DNA from: an uncultured bacterium
GTDB taxonomy: Bacteria; Chloroflexota; UBA5177; JANWHV01
Assembly (NCBI GenBank): GCA_963827235.1
Contig: CAWHAE010000011.1
Span: 1-64,000, forward strand
DNA: 64,000 nt
Direction of reading: 5' to 3'
Shown here: piece after piece, positions 32,099-42,544 of the stretch
Position numbering within the stretch: the first letter of the stretch is position 1
Layout of the letters: the number at the start of each line of letters is the position of its first letter
Notes under the pieces: generated by a model
What the model was told of the DNA's origin: nothing
What the model saw: the letters and a program-made list of their open reading frames with translations, nothing else
The model's database searches: none
Position numbers and translations under genes: made by a program

Positions 32099-32749
32099 CC
32101 AATAGCCTCTTGGTCGACTCGCCGGCAACCCACTGCCCCGGTCCCGGAGCTGGCACACCTGAGAACTTGCCCCTGCATTGCGGCGTGCACTCGATCTGCC
32201 CGAGTGTCGGTGGCCGCTCTTTGTGATTACCCTAGTTCGCTCGCTGGGGAAGGACAAGTTGCGATTACGACTGTCCGACCTGTGTATCTCGTGATGCTTG
32301 TGGACTCCCATCGGGGAGCGCAGGCAATGGGCATGGTCGGCATGTCGTTCACGAGGCGCGCTTTGGCTCTTCTTGATGCCTGCCTGGCAGATACCCCGGA
32401 GCGCAATGCCAACCTGTTGATAATCTTAGCAGTCTCTTCCTACCGATCGTTGGTTGGTCTTCAACTGCAGCCCAATGCAATCAAGCCTCACAAGTCGGGC
32501 TGCTGCCAGTCTTGTGGGCACATCTTCACGACAGACGGACCCTGTCCCTCGCCCTGTAATGGGCAGAGGTCACAGGGCATCCCGCGCCTTGGCCTTGCGT
32601 TGCACAACGTCGCGACCCGGTTGCAGGCGTCCACTCTCGGCCTTGACGCCTCCATCTCCAGCCTGACCCTTCGCCATTTCACTCTTTCGTTGCAGGCAGA
32701 CTGTTCAGGCATGCGATGCCGGAGGCGCCGCATTTGTTTCCGTTGCCGT

Positions 32750-34970
32750 TCCCGTCGCCCGCGTACGGGCCAGCCTGGCCTGCAGGAGTATGAAGAACAT
32801 CGGCACAAAGAAGATGGCCAGACCCGGCGCCGGTGCTGAGCGCCAGCGGCATCACGCCCATCATGAACGCCAGGGAGGTCATCAGAATGGGCCGCAAACG
32901 GATTCGTACCGCCTGCAGCGTGGCCTCGTGCAGGCGCAGCCCCTCCAGTTGCAGCTTCTCCGCGAACTCTATGATGAGGATCGCGTTCTTTGCAGACAAT
33001 CCAATGGTGGTCACTGGCGCGATCTGGAAATGGACGTCATTGGAAAGGCCGCGCAGCGATGTGGCGGCCAGCGCGCCGATGACTCCCAGAGGGACGACAA
33101 GCAATACCGCAAAGGGCAGCTACCAGCTTTCATAAAGCGCTGCCAGGCACAGGAACACGAAGAGCACCGAGACGGCGTACAGGATGGGCGCCTGGGCCCC
33201 AGCCTTGATCTCTTCGTACGAAGTGCCCGACCACTGGTAGCCGATCCCGGCAGGAAGCTGGGACATCAGCTTTTCCACGGCATCTATCGCCTCGCCGGAG
33301 GTCTTCCGGGCGGCCGCTTCGCCACTCAGCCCAAGGGACGACGCGCCGTTGAATCGCTCGAGTTTCGGCGGGCCAAGGTGCCAACTGACGCCGGCGATGG
33401 CGTCCAGGGAAACCATCTCGTTCCTGTCGTTCCGCACGTACCACGCGCTCAGGTCGTTTGGCTGCATGCGGTAAGGCGAGTCGGCCTGCATGTAGACTCT
33501 CTTGATGCGGCTCCTGTTCACGAAATCGTTAACGTAGTTGCCGCCCAGCGCGGTGGACGTTGTATCATTGGCATCGGCCATTGCCACTCCCATCGCCGCA
33601 GACTTGGCCTGGTCGATTTCAACGTGGAATTCCGGCGTGTCGCTCTGGCCGCCGGCACGCACCTGCGCCGGCTCCGCCGCGGCCAGTTCGAGGAACTGGC
33701 CCCGTGCGCGCGTCAGGGCGTCGTGCCCCAAGCCACCTATGTCTTCCAGCTGGAGGTCGAAACCATTGCTGTTGCCCATACCGGGTATGGGAGAGGGTTG
33801 AAACGCGAATATGCGGGCATCGCGGATACCTGCGGCGGCATGACTGAGCCGGCGCGCCACCCCCGACGCGGAATTGTTGGCGTCGCGCTGGTCCCATTCC
33901 TTTAGACGGATGAACGTCATTCCGACGCTCTGGCCGACAGATCCGAAGTTGAATCCGGCGATCAAGAAATAGGCAGCAACGGCAATCGATTCGGCCTCGA
34001 TCAACGACTCGAATTGCTTCAATGCGGCAACGGTCCGCTCCTGCGTCGACCCGGGGCTCAGCTGGGTCTGCGCCATCACAACCCCTTGGTCTTCGTCCGG
34101 CAGGAAGCCGGTGGGTAGTCGCCACCACAGGACCGAGATTGCGGCAACGATCAGCGCAGAGAGGGCGAATCCCGGGAGCGGATGCTGCACGATCTGCCCC
34201 ACCCACCCTTGGTAGCGCTGCGTGATGTTCCTCAAGTGATAATTGAATTCGCCAAATAACCCGTTCGGCGCCGACATGCCCTCGATATCGCTCGCGCGCA
34301 GGAAATTGGCGCAGATGGCCGGCGTCAGAGCCAGTGCGACGACCACTGAGAGTGTCATGGCCGAAACGATGGTCACGGCGAACTGGAGATAGATAACACC
34401 AGGGGCGCCCGGAAAGAACGCCATGGGCACGAGCACCGCGGCCAGTACCAGGGCAATGCCGAGCAGCGCGCCCGTGATCTGCTCTATGGACTTGCGGGTC
34501 GCATTGAGCGCGCTCAAGCCCTCTTCGTGCATGATGCGCTCGACGTTTTCAACCTCCACGATCGCGTCGTCCACCAGCAGGCCGATGGCCAGCACTACGG
34601 CGAACAAGGTCATCGTGTTGATCGAGTAGCCGAACATGGCCAGTACGCCGAAAGTGCCGAGCGATACGACCGGGACCGCCACGGTGGGCACCAGGGTCGC
34701 GTGCCAATTGCCGAGGAACAGGTACATGATCAGCACCACCAGCACGGTAGCCACGATCAGGGTGCTGATGACCTCGCAAATGGAGTTTCGAACGAACTTG
34801 CTCGTATCGCAGGCACCCGGATAGTTGGCGCTAACCGATACCGAAGGCGGCGCCAGATTCGGGTTCTGTTCGACACCTAAGGTGCGGATCGCGAATCCGC
34901 CAGCCAGCATGATGATGATGATGGCGATCACCCACGCGAAGATCGGCCGGTCGATGAAGAAGCTTGCCAA
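32750..34970 (-). pseudogene. HAE1 RND efflux transporter (AcrB/MexB-like), decayed
   Basis: [58 protein letters not shown]; large in-frame deletion after NYPGA, TAG at 33120, second deletion near the C-terminus; 3' limit approximate. Confidence 0.88.
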
Positions 34971-35676
34971 GGCGCGCCCTTCAGGCGTTGGTAAGGGCTG
35001 GACGCACGGTGTTGCCGGCCTTGATCTCGCAAGTCGCTTCGACCGCCGGTCGGCCAACTGCCTTTTATCCCAGAATCACCGGCCATGCGCCGCTGAGAAG
35101 GCACCCATCGTACGTCGGCGCTAAATGCATTTTAGCCATCATCGCTGGCAGCGACGGCGATCTTCAGAACCTGATTGCCGCCGCCATCGTCATCCGTTCC
35201 GCGGTCCATTGCTGTGCCTCTTTGGATAGCATCACGATGGTTCACAGAAATCACCAGTGGTGTCGTGTCGAGCTGTCATGTTTGCACGACGCGCGCCATC
35301 AACTGCGGACCCCGCAGTGCCATGTTCGCAAAAGTACGCAGCCACAATGCGTGGTTCTTCGAGCTAGCCAGAGTCCTGATCGGCCCGCAACATGAAGTCC
35401 ATCTGGTGAAATTCCACAGGCTTCGTGGCATGAGCGGCGGCTGGATGCGCTGCGCATGCCTGCCAGAGGGGCAGGACACCCCTTGGATCCGGCGCGGCAA
35501 CAATGACGGCAGGTCTCACCACCGTCCGATTCCCTCACACCGCCTCGATGACCAAATTCGGCCCCCTCAGTGGGTGTCAGACTGTACTGAGTCATTCTAC
35601 AATAGGGCGGGTCGGCACAGCTCAAGGCCATCTACCTTCCTCGTTACTTTGTCATAGCCACCAAAGAGGCAGCTTA

Positions 35677-36375
35677 ATGAGCAACTCCCGTCCAAGTTTT
35701 GCCAACCTGCTATGCGCGTCCCTCCTCCTCGGGTCATTCATCGCAACGACCGGACAAGCCAGTGCAGCCGCCCCAGCCCCGCCCGATGCGAAGCCCAAGC
35801 CACCCATGTCGTTCTTCGTGACGAGCGTGGGTCTCGGCAATGGCGGTGACCTGGGAGGTCTGGCGGGCGCCGACGCGCATTGCCAGGCACTTGCCAAGTC
35901 GGTCGGTCGCGACGATTCCACCTGGCATGCCTACCTCAGTACCCAGGGCCCGAACGCCGTCAACGCGCGTGACCGGATTGGAAAGGGCCCCTGGTTCAGC
36001 GCCACAGGGCAGCAGATCGCGAAGGACCTCGCCGAGCTCCATGGCGACACGCTCGAATTGGCGAGAATGGGCAACAACATCCACGCCCGCTCGGCCGTCA
36101 CCGAGAAAGGGGAGCAAATTCCCCCAATGCCACTCATCCACGACATCTTTACCGGCACCAAGCCTGATGGCACCGCGTATACGGACAATGCAACTGATCT
36201 GACTTGCAAGAACTGGACAAGCAGTACGGGTGGCGCTGCCCAGCTGGGTCACCACGATCGGCAAGGCCTTTTCAATACCTCCTGGAATTCTTCGCATCCG
36301 AGCGCCGGATGCAGCCAGGACGATCTGGCGAAGACTGGCGGTGCCGGATTGCTCTATTGCTTCGCAATCAACTAG
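35677..36375 (+). CDS. Secreted lectin-like (endostatin/C-type-lectin-like fold) protein
   Basis: Signal peptide; MSFFVTS...GDLGGLAGADAHCQ...WHAYLS...NARDRIG.GPW...HDIFTG...TCKNWTS...LYCFA. Confidence 0.75.
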   Translation: MSNSRPSFANLLCASLLLGSFIATTGQASAAAPAPPDAKPKPPMSFFVTSVGLGNGGDLGGLAGADAHCQALAKSVGRDDSTWHAYLSTQGPNAVNARDRIGKGPWFSATGQQIAKDLAELHGDTLELARMGNNIHARSAVTEKGEQIPPMPLIHDIFTGTKPDGTAYTDNATDLTCKNWTSSTGGAAQLGHHDRQGLFNTSWNSSHPSAGCSQDDLAKTGGAGLLYCFAIN

Positions 36376-36710
36376 TCATCGCGGCCGAGGTCTCCTGATA
36401 GACGTCGAACTCTCGAGGATCCAGGGTCCGAAATTGCCGCGCAGACGACTGCGGGTGGCCAATCCGGATCTCATCGCATCACGGCCCTCAGCATGGGGAC
36501 CATCTGGGCCGCACCTTGACTGGTGCGGCCCTCCTATTCCCTTCCAGCGCCGCCCGGAGCACTATCTCAACTCTCTAAGGCAGCTTGGGATGCGCCGGGC
36601 GGCACCGTCTCGCGGGATACGTCAACTAATCCCATTGGCTTGGAACCAGCACCTGCGGTACCAGCATTCCAGTGCTGGCGCTTCAGAGGCACGTTCAAAC
36701 GAGGGGCCTT

Positions 36711-38234
36711 GTGACTCTTATATACAATCGTCGCGAAGTGATCGCCGCCGGCGCAGGGCTTGTATTCGCATCGGCCGGTAACAGGGGCTACGCATCAGCA
36801 AAGCAAGAAAAGCCCAATATCCTGTTCATCCTCGCGGATGATATGGGGTATGCGGACCTGAGTTGTTATGGCCGCACCGATTACCGCACGCCGAACCTTG
36901 ACAAGCTGTCGCGCGAGGGCTTGATGATGACGTCGGCCTATGCCAATTCGGCCGTGTGTTCTGCTTCCCGTACCGCCATCATCACGGGTCGCTACCAGGA
37001 TCGCCTGCAAGTGGGCCTCTATGAGCCGGGACCCGGGGGCGACAACTACGGGATCCCAGACGGGCATCCCACGCTGCCCGGCTTATTCAAGAAGATGGGG
37101 TACAGGACCAGCTTGGTCGGCAAGTGGCACCTCGGTGATCCGCCGCAATTCGGACCGCTGCAGCGCGGCTATGATTATTTCTTCGGCATGCTTGGCGGCG
37201 GCATGGATTATTTCCGGGTCGGCGGCAGCAAGGGCGCGACGGCGCTTGGGCTCAAGGGCGAAGCGGCCGCGGTGGCCGGATTTGGCTGCGAGCTCGCCGG
37301 AATGTCGCCTCCTGGAATGCCTACAATGGGAGCCGGCGCTGGCGCAGCCTCCGGACCAGCTGGCGACTCAATGGCGGAAGGACTCTTCGAGAACGACACT
37401 CACGTGGAGGTGCCAGGCTATCTCACCGACGTGCTGGCTGATCGCGCCTCGAGCCAGATCGAGGCAGCCGCAAGATCGGGGCAGCCCTTCTTCATGAGCC
37501 TGCACTTCAATGCACCCCACTGGCCCTGGGAAGGTCCGGGCGATGCCGAAGCTTCCAAGAGCATCGCCGGGGCTTACAACGCCGACGGCGGCAGCATCCG
37601 AAAATATGGGGAGATGGTGGTGGCGCTCGACGCCGCCATTGGCCGCGTGCTCCAGACCCTCAGGCGTGCCGGCCTCGCTCGCAACACCGTCGTCGTATTC
37701 ACGAGCGACAATGGGGGTGAGCGCTTCTCCAATTCCTGGCCGTTCGCCGGCTCCAAGGGAGAGCTGCTCGAGGGTGGCCTGCGCATCCCCTTGCTTTTGC
37801 GTTGGCCTGGGCGCATCAAGGCGGGCAGCGGCTCGGCACAAGCGATGATCCACATGGACTGGCTGCCGACGCTGTTGGCAGCGGCGGGAGGCACGCCGGA
37901 TCCTGCCTATCCCACTGACGGCATGAATCTGCTGCCTTTATTGTTGGGTGGGCAAGCGCCCCAAGCGCGCACGCTGTACTGGCGCTATTACGCGGCCGAG
38001 CAGGCTGCCGCCCGCGAAGGCGCCTGGAAATACCTGAAGATCGCCGGCCGCGAGTATCTGTTCAACACGGCCGAGGATGAACGCGAACGCGCCAATCGTC
38101 GCTCACACGAGCCAGCGCTATTCGCGCGGCTCAAGGCAGCTTGGGAGGCCTGGAACTCGACCATGTTGCCATTTCCGGCAGGCATGCCCAGTGACAATCC
38201 AAAGTCCACGCATTGTTGGGCCGATCACTACTAG
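36711..38234 (+). CDS. Tat-exported arylsulfatase-family sulfatase
   Basis: NRREVI twin-arginine signal; PNILFILADDMG; CSASR (Cys-type FGly motif); GKWHLG; FTSDNG. Confidence 0.92.
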   Translation: MTLIYNRREVIAAGAGLVFASAGNRGYASAKQEKPNILFILADDMGYADLSCYGRTDYRTPNLDKLSREGLMMTSAYANSAVCSASRTAIITGRYQDRLQVGLYEPGPGGDNYGIPDGHPTLPGLFKKMGYRTSLVGKWHLGDPPQFGPLQRGYDYFFGMLGGGMDYFRVGGSKGATALGLKGEAAAVAGFGCELAGMSPPGMPTMGAGAGAASGPAGDSMAEGLFENDTHVEVPGYLTDVLADRASSQIEAAARSGQPFFMSLHFNAPHWPWEGPGDAEASKSIAGAYNADGGSIRKYGEMVVALDAAIGRVLQTLRRAGLARNTVVVFTSDNGGERFSNSWPFAGSKGELLEGGLRIPLLLRWPGRIKAGSGSAQAMIHMDWLPTLLAAAGGTPDPAYPTDGMNLLPLLLGGQAPQARTLYWRYYAAEQAAAREGAWKYLKIAGREYLFNTAEDERERANRRSHEPALFARLKAAWEAWNSTMLPFPAGMPSDNPKSTHCWADHY

Positions 38235-38499
38235 GAGTTCGTACACAAGAAATGCCCGGACATCGACTTGCAGGTCGAGCCCAGCTACGTTGGCAAACAG
38301 CATTCGGGGCGAACAGCAGTTTGCCGACGCTAGTGGCCAGGAGGAAAACCCGACTCTCTGCGAGCACAGCCTGCCTGACGAAGGGAACTCCTTCTGCGCC
38401 CTGCTTGTCCGCGCCTTTGAAAGGGAGTTGGGTCGCAATGCCTAGCGCCTTGTCAGGCCATGCCTGGACACGGTCCCACCCAATCTCCTCGCTACGCTG

Positions 38500-38679
38500 C
38501 TGAACGGTCGTGAGCGGGAGTTGCTGCAACTCATAGCCTCGGGCCTTACGAATCGCGCGGTAGTGGAGCGAATCGCGATCAGCGAGGGCACCGTGAACCG
38601 CTACCCCCATCACCTGTACTCCAAGTGGGGCGTGAATCGCCGTGACGCTGACTGTCATGCGCGCACGAGCTCCGAATAG
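38500..38679 (+). pseudogene. LuxR/MalT-type HTH remnant
   Basis: Manual translation LNGRERELLQLIASGLTNRAVVERIAISEGTVNRYPHHLYSKWGVNRR matches the LuxR C-terminal HTH pattern; no intact upstream frame. Confidence 0.7.
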
Positions 38680-38779
38680 CGTGAGCGAGACCCTTCAGAT
38701 CGCATAGGCGCGAGCACCGGAACAAGAATGTCCCGATGCTCGCGCCCGCTCGACGTCTACCGGCCCCTGCGCCTGAAGC

Positions 38780-41293
38780 TCACAGCGAAGCGCGCAGCTT
38801 CAGATACCATTCTCGAGGTTCGTTGTAGGTTCCGAAGTAACCCATAACAGACGGCTGCGCTGCGCCCGCTATCAAGAATCTGTCATTAGTCAAATTCGTG
38901 ACACCGGCGGTTAGCGTCCACCCGGAGGTGGCCGCATAGCTGACCGACCCATCAAGCATGTGGGTACTTGGGCGCCTCAGCAGTGGCGTATTTTCCGTAT
39001 CGTTATATAGCGAAGAAGTATAGGTGTACTGGGCAGCGGCTCGGAACTCGCCCCGAAACACCGGCAAAGTATATTGAGGGCTCAGCGATGCTTTCCACTT
39101 GGGAGTCTTGGGAAGGTCAGAACCTAGAGTGATCCCCGTCACGCCCGGCTGCAGCTCGGTGTACCGCGCATCAAGATAGGCAAGGCTGCTGTTGATCTTA
39201 AATCCGTGAGCGACGACGGCCGAGGCTTCCAGTTCGGCGCCGTTGATTCTTGCGGTGCCCGCGTTCATCGTTACTGGGGTGCCAAAGCCAGGAGCAATGA
39301 ACGGAAGTTGTATGTCCTTATAGAGGGTGGAAAATACGGCAAGGTCGGTGCTCAATCGATTCTGCAGAAAGCTCGACTTAAAGCCGGCTTCCAGGCTCGC
39401 TGATTTTTCCGGTCCAAATGCTGACTCAGTCGAAGAAGGGAAGATCAATCGCGTCGTCCAGCCGCCAGATTTAAAGCCGGTTGAATAGGAAGTATAAAGC
39501 AGGGATTTGTCCATCAAATGATATTCGGCGCCCCCAGTCCACGTGAAGACGTTGAACGTACGCTGGTTGGTACCTGAGGGACTAAAACGATTGGGATCGC
39601 CGGCCACTGGAAAGTCGAACGTGCTGTCCTGAAATATCAGCTTGCCCAGCGAGCTGACAAATTGCTGGCAGTTCAAACCCGGTACAGGGGATGGCGAATC
39701 GCCAGGATAGCAACCAAAGTTTCGATACAGGAAGCCATTCAATTCACGAGCGTCAGACGCCAGTTTCTTCTGCTCGGAGGTGATACGACCGCCAAGCGTA
39801 AACGAGAGTTGATCCGTCACCTGATAAGAACCGCGGGCAAACCCTGCTTCAGTGCGCGTATTGATCTTCGTATCCACATTAATTTGCTGCAATCCTTGAG
39901 CAAAGATTACGTCCTGGTTATCCTCACCATTCTCATCAAAATAGTATCCACCCAGCAAATAACTCAAACGATTGTCTAAAGCCTTGCCTATCAGCTGCAG
40001 TTCTTGGGACAACTGATGTTGCCACATACTATAGGTCGACTCGTAAAACTGCAGCGGCGAGCCGTCATTATCGTCCCCGTTTGCAAAGCGCAAATCGCGA
40101 TAGCCGGTAATTGAGCGAAGCGTGAGCGCGTCAGTGACAGCGACTTCGGTCGTCAGCGCACCGCCATAGTTCGTCACATGGACGAAATTAATGCCGTTCG
40201 CGTAGGACGTGTCGATATTTCCGGTCACGTACTGACTGCCCCACGTCAAACGGCTGGTGGCGGGATTCAGGTTGGCGCCAAAGAGCCCTGTCCCGACTTG
40301 TGCCCGCGCGCCACAAATTAAGGGACCAGAAACGTTAGCAATCGTAACGCCCGCGAGGCAATCGTTATAAGCCAAGTTGAACGTGCCGGTCGTCGCAGCC
40401 TGTAAAAGCGTAACCGGCGATGACGTCTCGTCGGTGCGTGAGTAGTCGCCGGTTAAAGTGACCGTTACGCGATCATCGCCATGCCAAACCAGCTTCCCGC
40501 GCGCGGTCTTTTCATCCTGTCCGCCCTGATCATTGCCCGAAGCGTAGCCCAACTGGGCAAAGGCATTCGGACTATCGCTGACGTAGGGTGTCTGGGAGAC
40601 ATATGGAATGCGCTTCTGGTAACCATCTCGCTTGATGGAAGAGACCGTGAACGTGGAAAGTAGTGCATCGCTAAATGGTAAATCCACGCTGGCTTGCACA
40701 TCTCGCCGGTTGAAGCTGCCGATAGTTACATCGCCGGTAGCCGCAAATTGATCCTTCGGATCACGAGTCACAATGCTGATTGCGCCGCCAATGGTATTGC
40801 GACCAAACAACGTACCCTGTGGGCCACGCAGGACTTCTACGCGCTCGACATCGAGAAGCTGACTGTTGGCGCCGATGGTCCGGGCAAGATAGATGCCATC
40901 GACGTATACGCCCACCGCAGGGTCGAGATTGAGCGCAAAATCGTCCAAACCGATTCCTCGAATTGAAGCGGACAAGACAGATCGGGAACCAGAAAATGCG
41001 GTCGATGTGTCGAGGTTCACACCGGGTACGAGTCTCCCGAGGGCGTCGACATTGCTGACGCCCTGGTCTCGAAGGTCGGCGCCCTTGAAGGCTGAAATGG
41101 CAATCGGCACATCGCGTAGGTTCGTCGCCGACTTCGTTGCCGTGACCACGATCTCTTGAAGCGTATCTTCAGGACCCGTGCCTTGATTTCCCGCCGAAGT
41201 CGCCCCAAACACTGCTGCGCTGACTCCGGATAGCAGCACCGCTATTGCGACGGACTGCCGGTATGAGCGTTGTATCGTTGTTGAATTACTCAT
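38780..41293 (-). CDS. TonB-dependent receptor
   Basis: LQEIVVTA TonB box, VERVEVLRGPQGTLFGRNTIGGAI, GFKSGG, C-terminal PREWYLKLRASL. Confidence 0.93.
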   Translation of the reverse strand: MSNSTTIQRSYRQSVAIAVLLSGVSAAVFGATSAGNQGTGPEDTLQEIVVTATKSATNLRDVPIAISAFKGADLRDQGVSNVDALGRLVPGVNLDTSTAFSGSRSVLSASIRGIGLDDFALNLDPAVGVYVDGIYLARTIGANSQLLDVERVEVLRGPQGTLFGRNTIGGAISIVTRDPKDQFAATGDVTIGSFNRRDVQASVDLPFSDALLSTFTVSSIKRDGYQKRIPYVSQTPYVSDSPNAFAQLGYASGNDQGGQDEKTARGKLVWHGDDRVTVTLTGDYSRTDETSSPVTLLQAATTGTFNLAYNDCLAGVTIANVSGPLICGARAQVGTGLFGANLNPATSRLTWGSQYVTGNIDTSYANGINFVHVTNYGGALTTEVAVTDALTLRSITGYRDLRFANGDDNDGSPLQFYESTYSMWQHQLSQELQLIGKALDNRLSYLLGGYYFDENGEDNQDVIFAQGLQQINVDTKINTRTEAGFARGSYQVTDQLSFTLGGRITSEQKKLASDARELNGFLYRNFGCYPGDSPSPVPGLNCQQFVSSLGKLIFQDSTFDFPVAGDPNRFSPSGTNQRTFNVFTWTGGAEYHLMDKSLLYTSYSTGFKSGGWTTRLIFPSSTESAFGPEKSASLEAGFKSSFLQNRLSTDLAVFSTLYKDIQLPFIAPGFGTPVTMNAGTARINGAELEASAVVAHGFKINSSLAYLDARYTELQPGVTGITLGSDLPKTPKWKASLSPQYTLPVFRGEFRAAAQYTYTSSLYNDTENTPLLRRPSTHMLDGSVSYAATSGWTLTAGVTNLTNDRFLIAGAAQPSVMGYFGTYNEPREWYLKLRASL

Positions 41294-41350
41294 CGTTCCC
41301 CCTTCGTGTTGCCATCTCTGTTTCTTGAACTGCGGCTCTGTTCTGCACTT

Positions 41351-41386
41351 ATCTGTGGCGCAGAATGCTGATCTGCGTAGCATAAT
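41351..41386. promoter_or_regulatory. Tandem operator pair (candidate IclR site)
   Basis: ATCTG-TGGCG-CAGAAT and ATCTG-CGTAG-CATAAT at 20-bp spacing upstream of the TBDR. Confidence 0.6.
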
Positions 41387-41712
41387 CTACCGACCTATCA
41401 CACGAATTGCTAGGGGACCGTCGCACAGGCAGCACTGGCGGGAGCTGGCGCGTAGTGATCTGTATACAAGTACGGGAACGTGGGCGAACACCCGCGCCGC
41501 TTCGAGCGCCGGCGCACGCTCCATGAACGTTGGTACTACTTAGCAGATGCCAGCTGAGCGAGCGATGGCGCAAGGCTGGAAGGCGCAGTGGGCGCGTATC
41601 AAGTCCATCGGTGAATCGACGGGCGCGAAGCCGGCCCCGTCCAGGGCAAGAACCGCCCATGCGCCGACGACACTCGTGCCTCCCGTGACCAGGAGCGTGC
41701 GTGTACGCACCG

Positions 41713-42534
41713 CTATTCTAGGTTCTTTTGGTCGCCGTATTTGCCAAGCTGGTAGATGTTCACGAGCTGATAGGCCGTTGCCGCATCAAGGCGCAGCTGC
41801 ATCTGGGCCTTGATGTGCTGGCCAGCCACACGCTTCGTCCAGGCGAGGGCATAGGCGGACCGCTTCAACAGGGCCGCGACGATCTGATCGACGCGCGCAT
41901 CGAGCTCGTCGGCTGGCACCGCATAGTTGATGATTCCCCTGTCGGCAAGCTCGCGACCGGTAAACACCCGCGCCAGCATCAGGTACTCCTTTGCCAGCGT
42001 CGGGCTCATGTGCGCGGGGATATGTGCGAGACCGCCGTCGCCGGGGACCATGCCGGCCGCCGTGCGAAACGGCTGAACCTCCCCCATGCCCATATGGTGA
42101 TCAGCGAAGCGCGCGTCTTCACGGGCAATGATGAAGTCGGAGGCGAACGCGACGCTCGACCCCCAGCCGATCGCGTCGCCGTTGACCTTGGCGACGATTG
42201 GCCTGTCGAGATCCACCATCGCCTCGTGCAGGCGGATGATACCGGTCGTGGCGGTCCACACGTTGGGAGGCGACATCACGTCCTCGGCGCCCGCATTCGA
42301 CAGGAGCTGGGGGACCCAGAACACGTCCGGGTTCGCTCCCTCGATGACCACCACCCGCACGCGATTGTCCGTCCGTACGGCATTGATGATCTCGAAGAAC
42401 TCCCAGTGCCGGTCCGTCCACGGGCGGCCCTCGATCTTGCGATCCAGGCCGTGCATGGCGATGCGCAGCACCGCGTCCTCGAGGCTCACCGAGAAGTAGA
42501 TGAACTCGTAGTCCAGGTACCAGTATTTCGACAT
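41713..42534 (-). CDS. Enoyl-CoA hydratase/crotonase family protein
   Basis: PIVAKVNGDAIGWGSS, VPGDGG, AKEYLML, GIINYAVP. Confidence 0.88.
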   Translation of the reverse strand: MSKYWYLDYEFIYFSVSLEDAVLRIAMHGLDRKIEGRPWTDRHWEFFEIINAVRTDNRVRVVVIEGANPDVFWVPQLLSNAGAEDVMSPPNVWTATTGIIRLHEAMVDLDRPIVAKVNGDAIGWGSSVAFASDFIIAREDARFADHHMGMGEVQPFRTAAGMVPGDGGLAHIPAHMSPTLAKEYLMLARVFTGRELADRGIINYAVPADELDARVDQIVAALLKRSAYALAWTKRVAGQHIKAQMQLRLDAATAYQLVNIYQLGKYGDQKNLE

Positions 42535-42544
42535 GGTGCGACCC

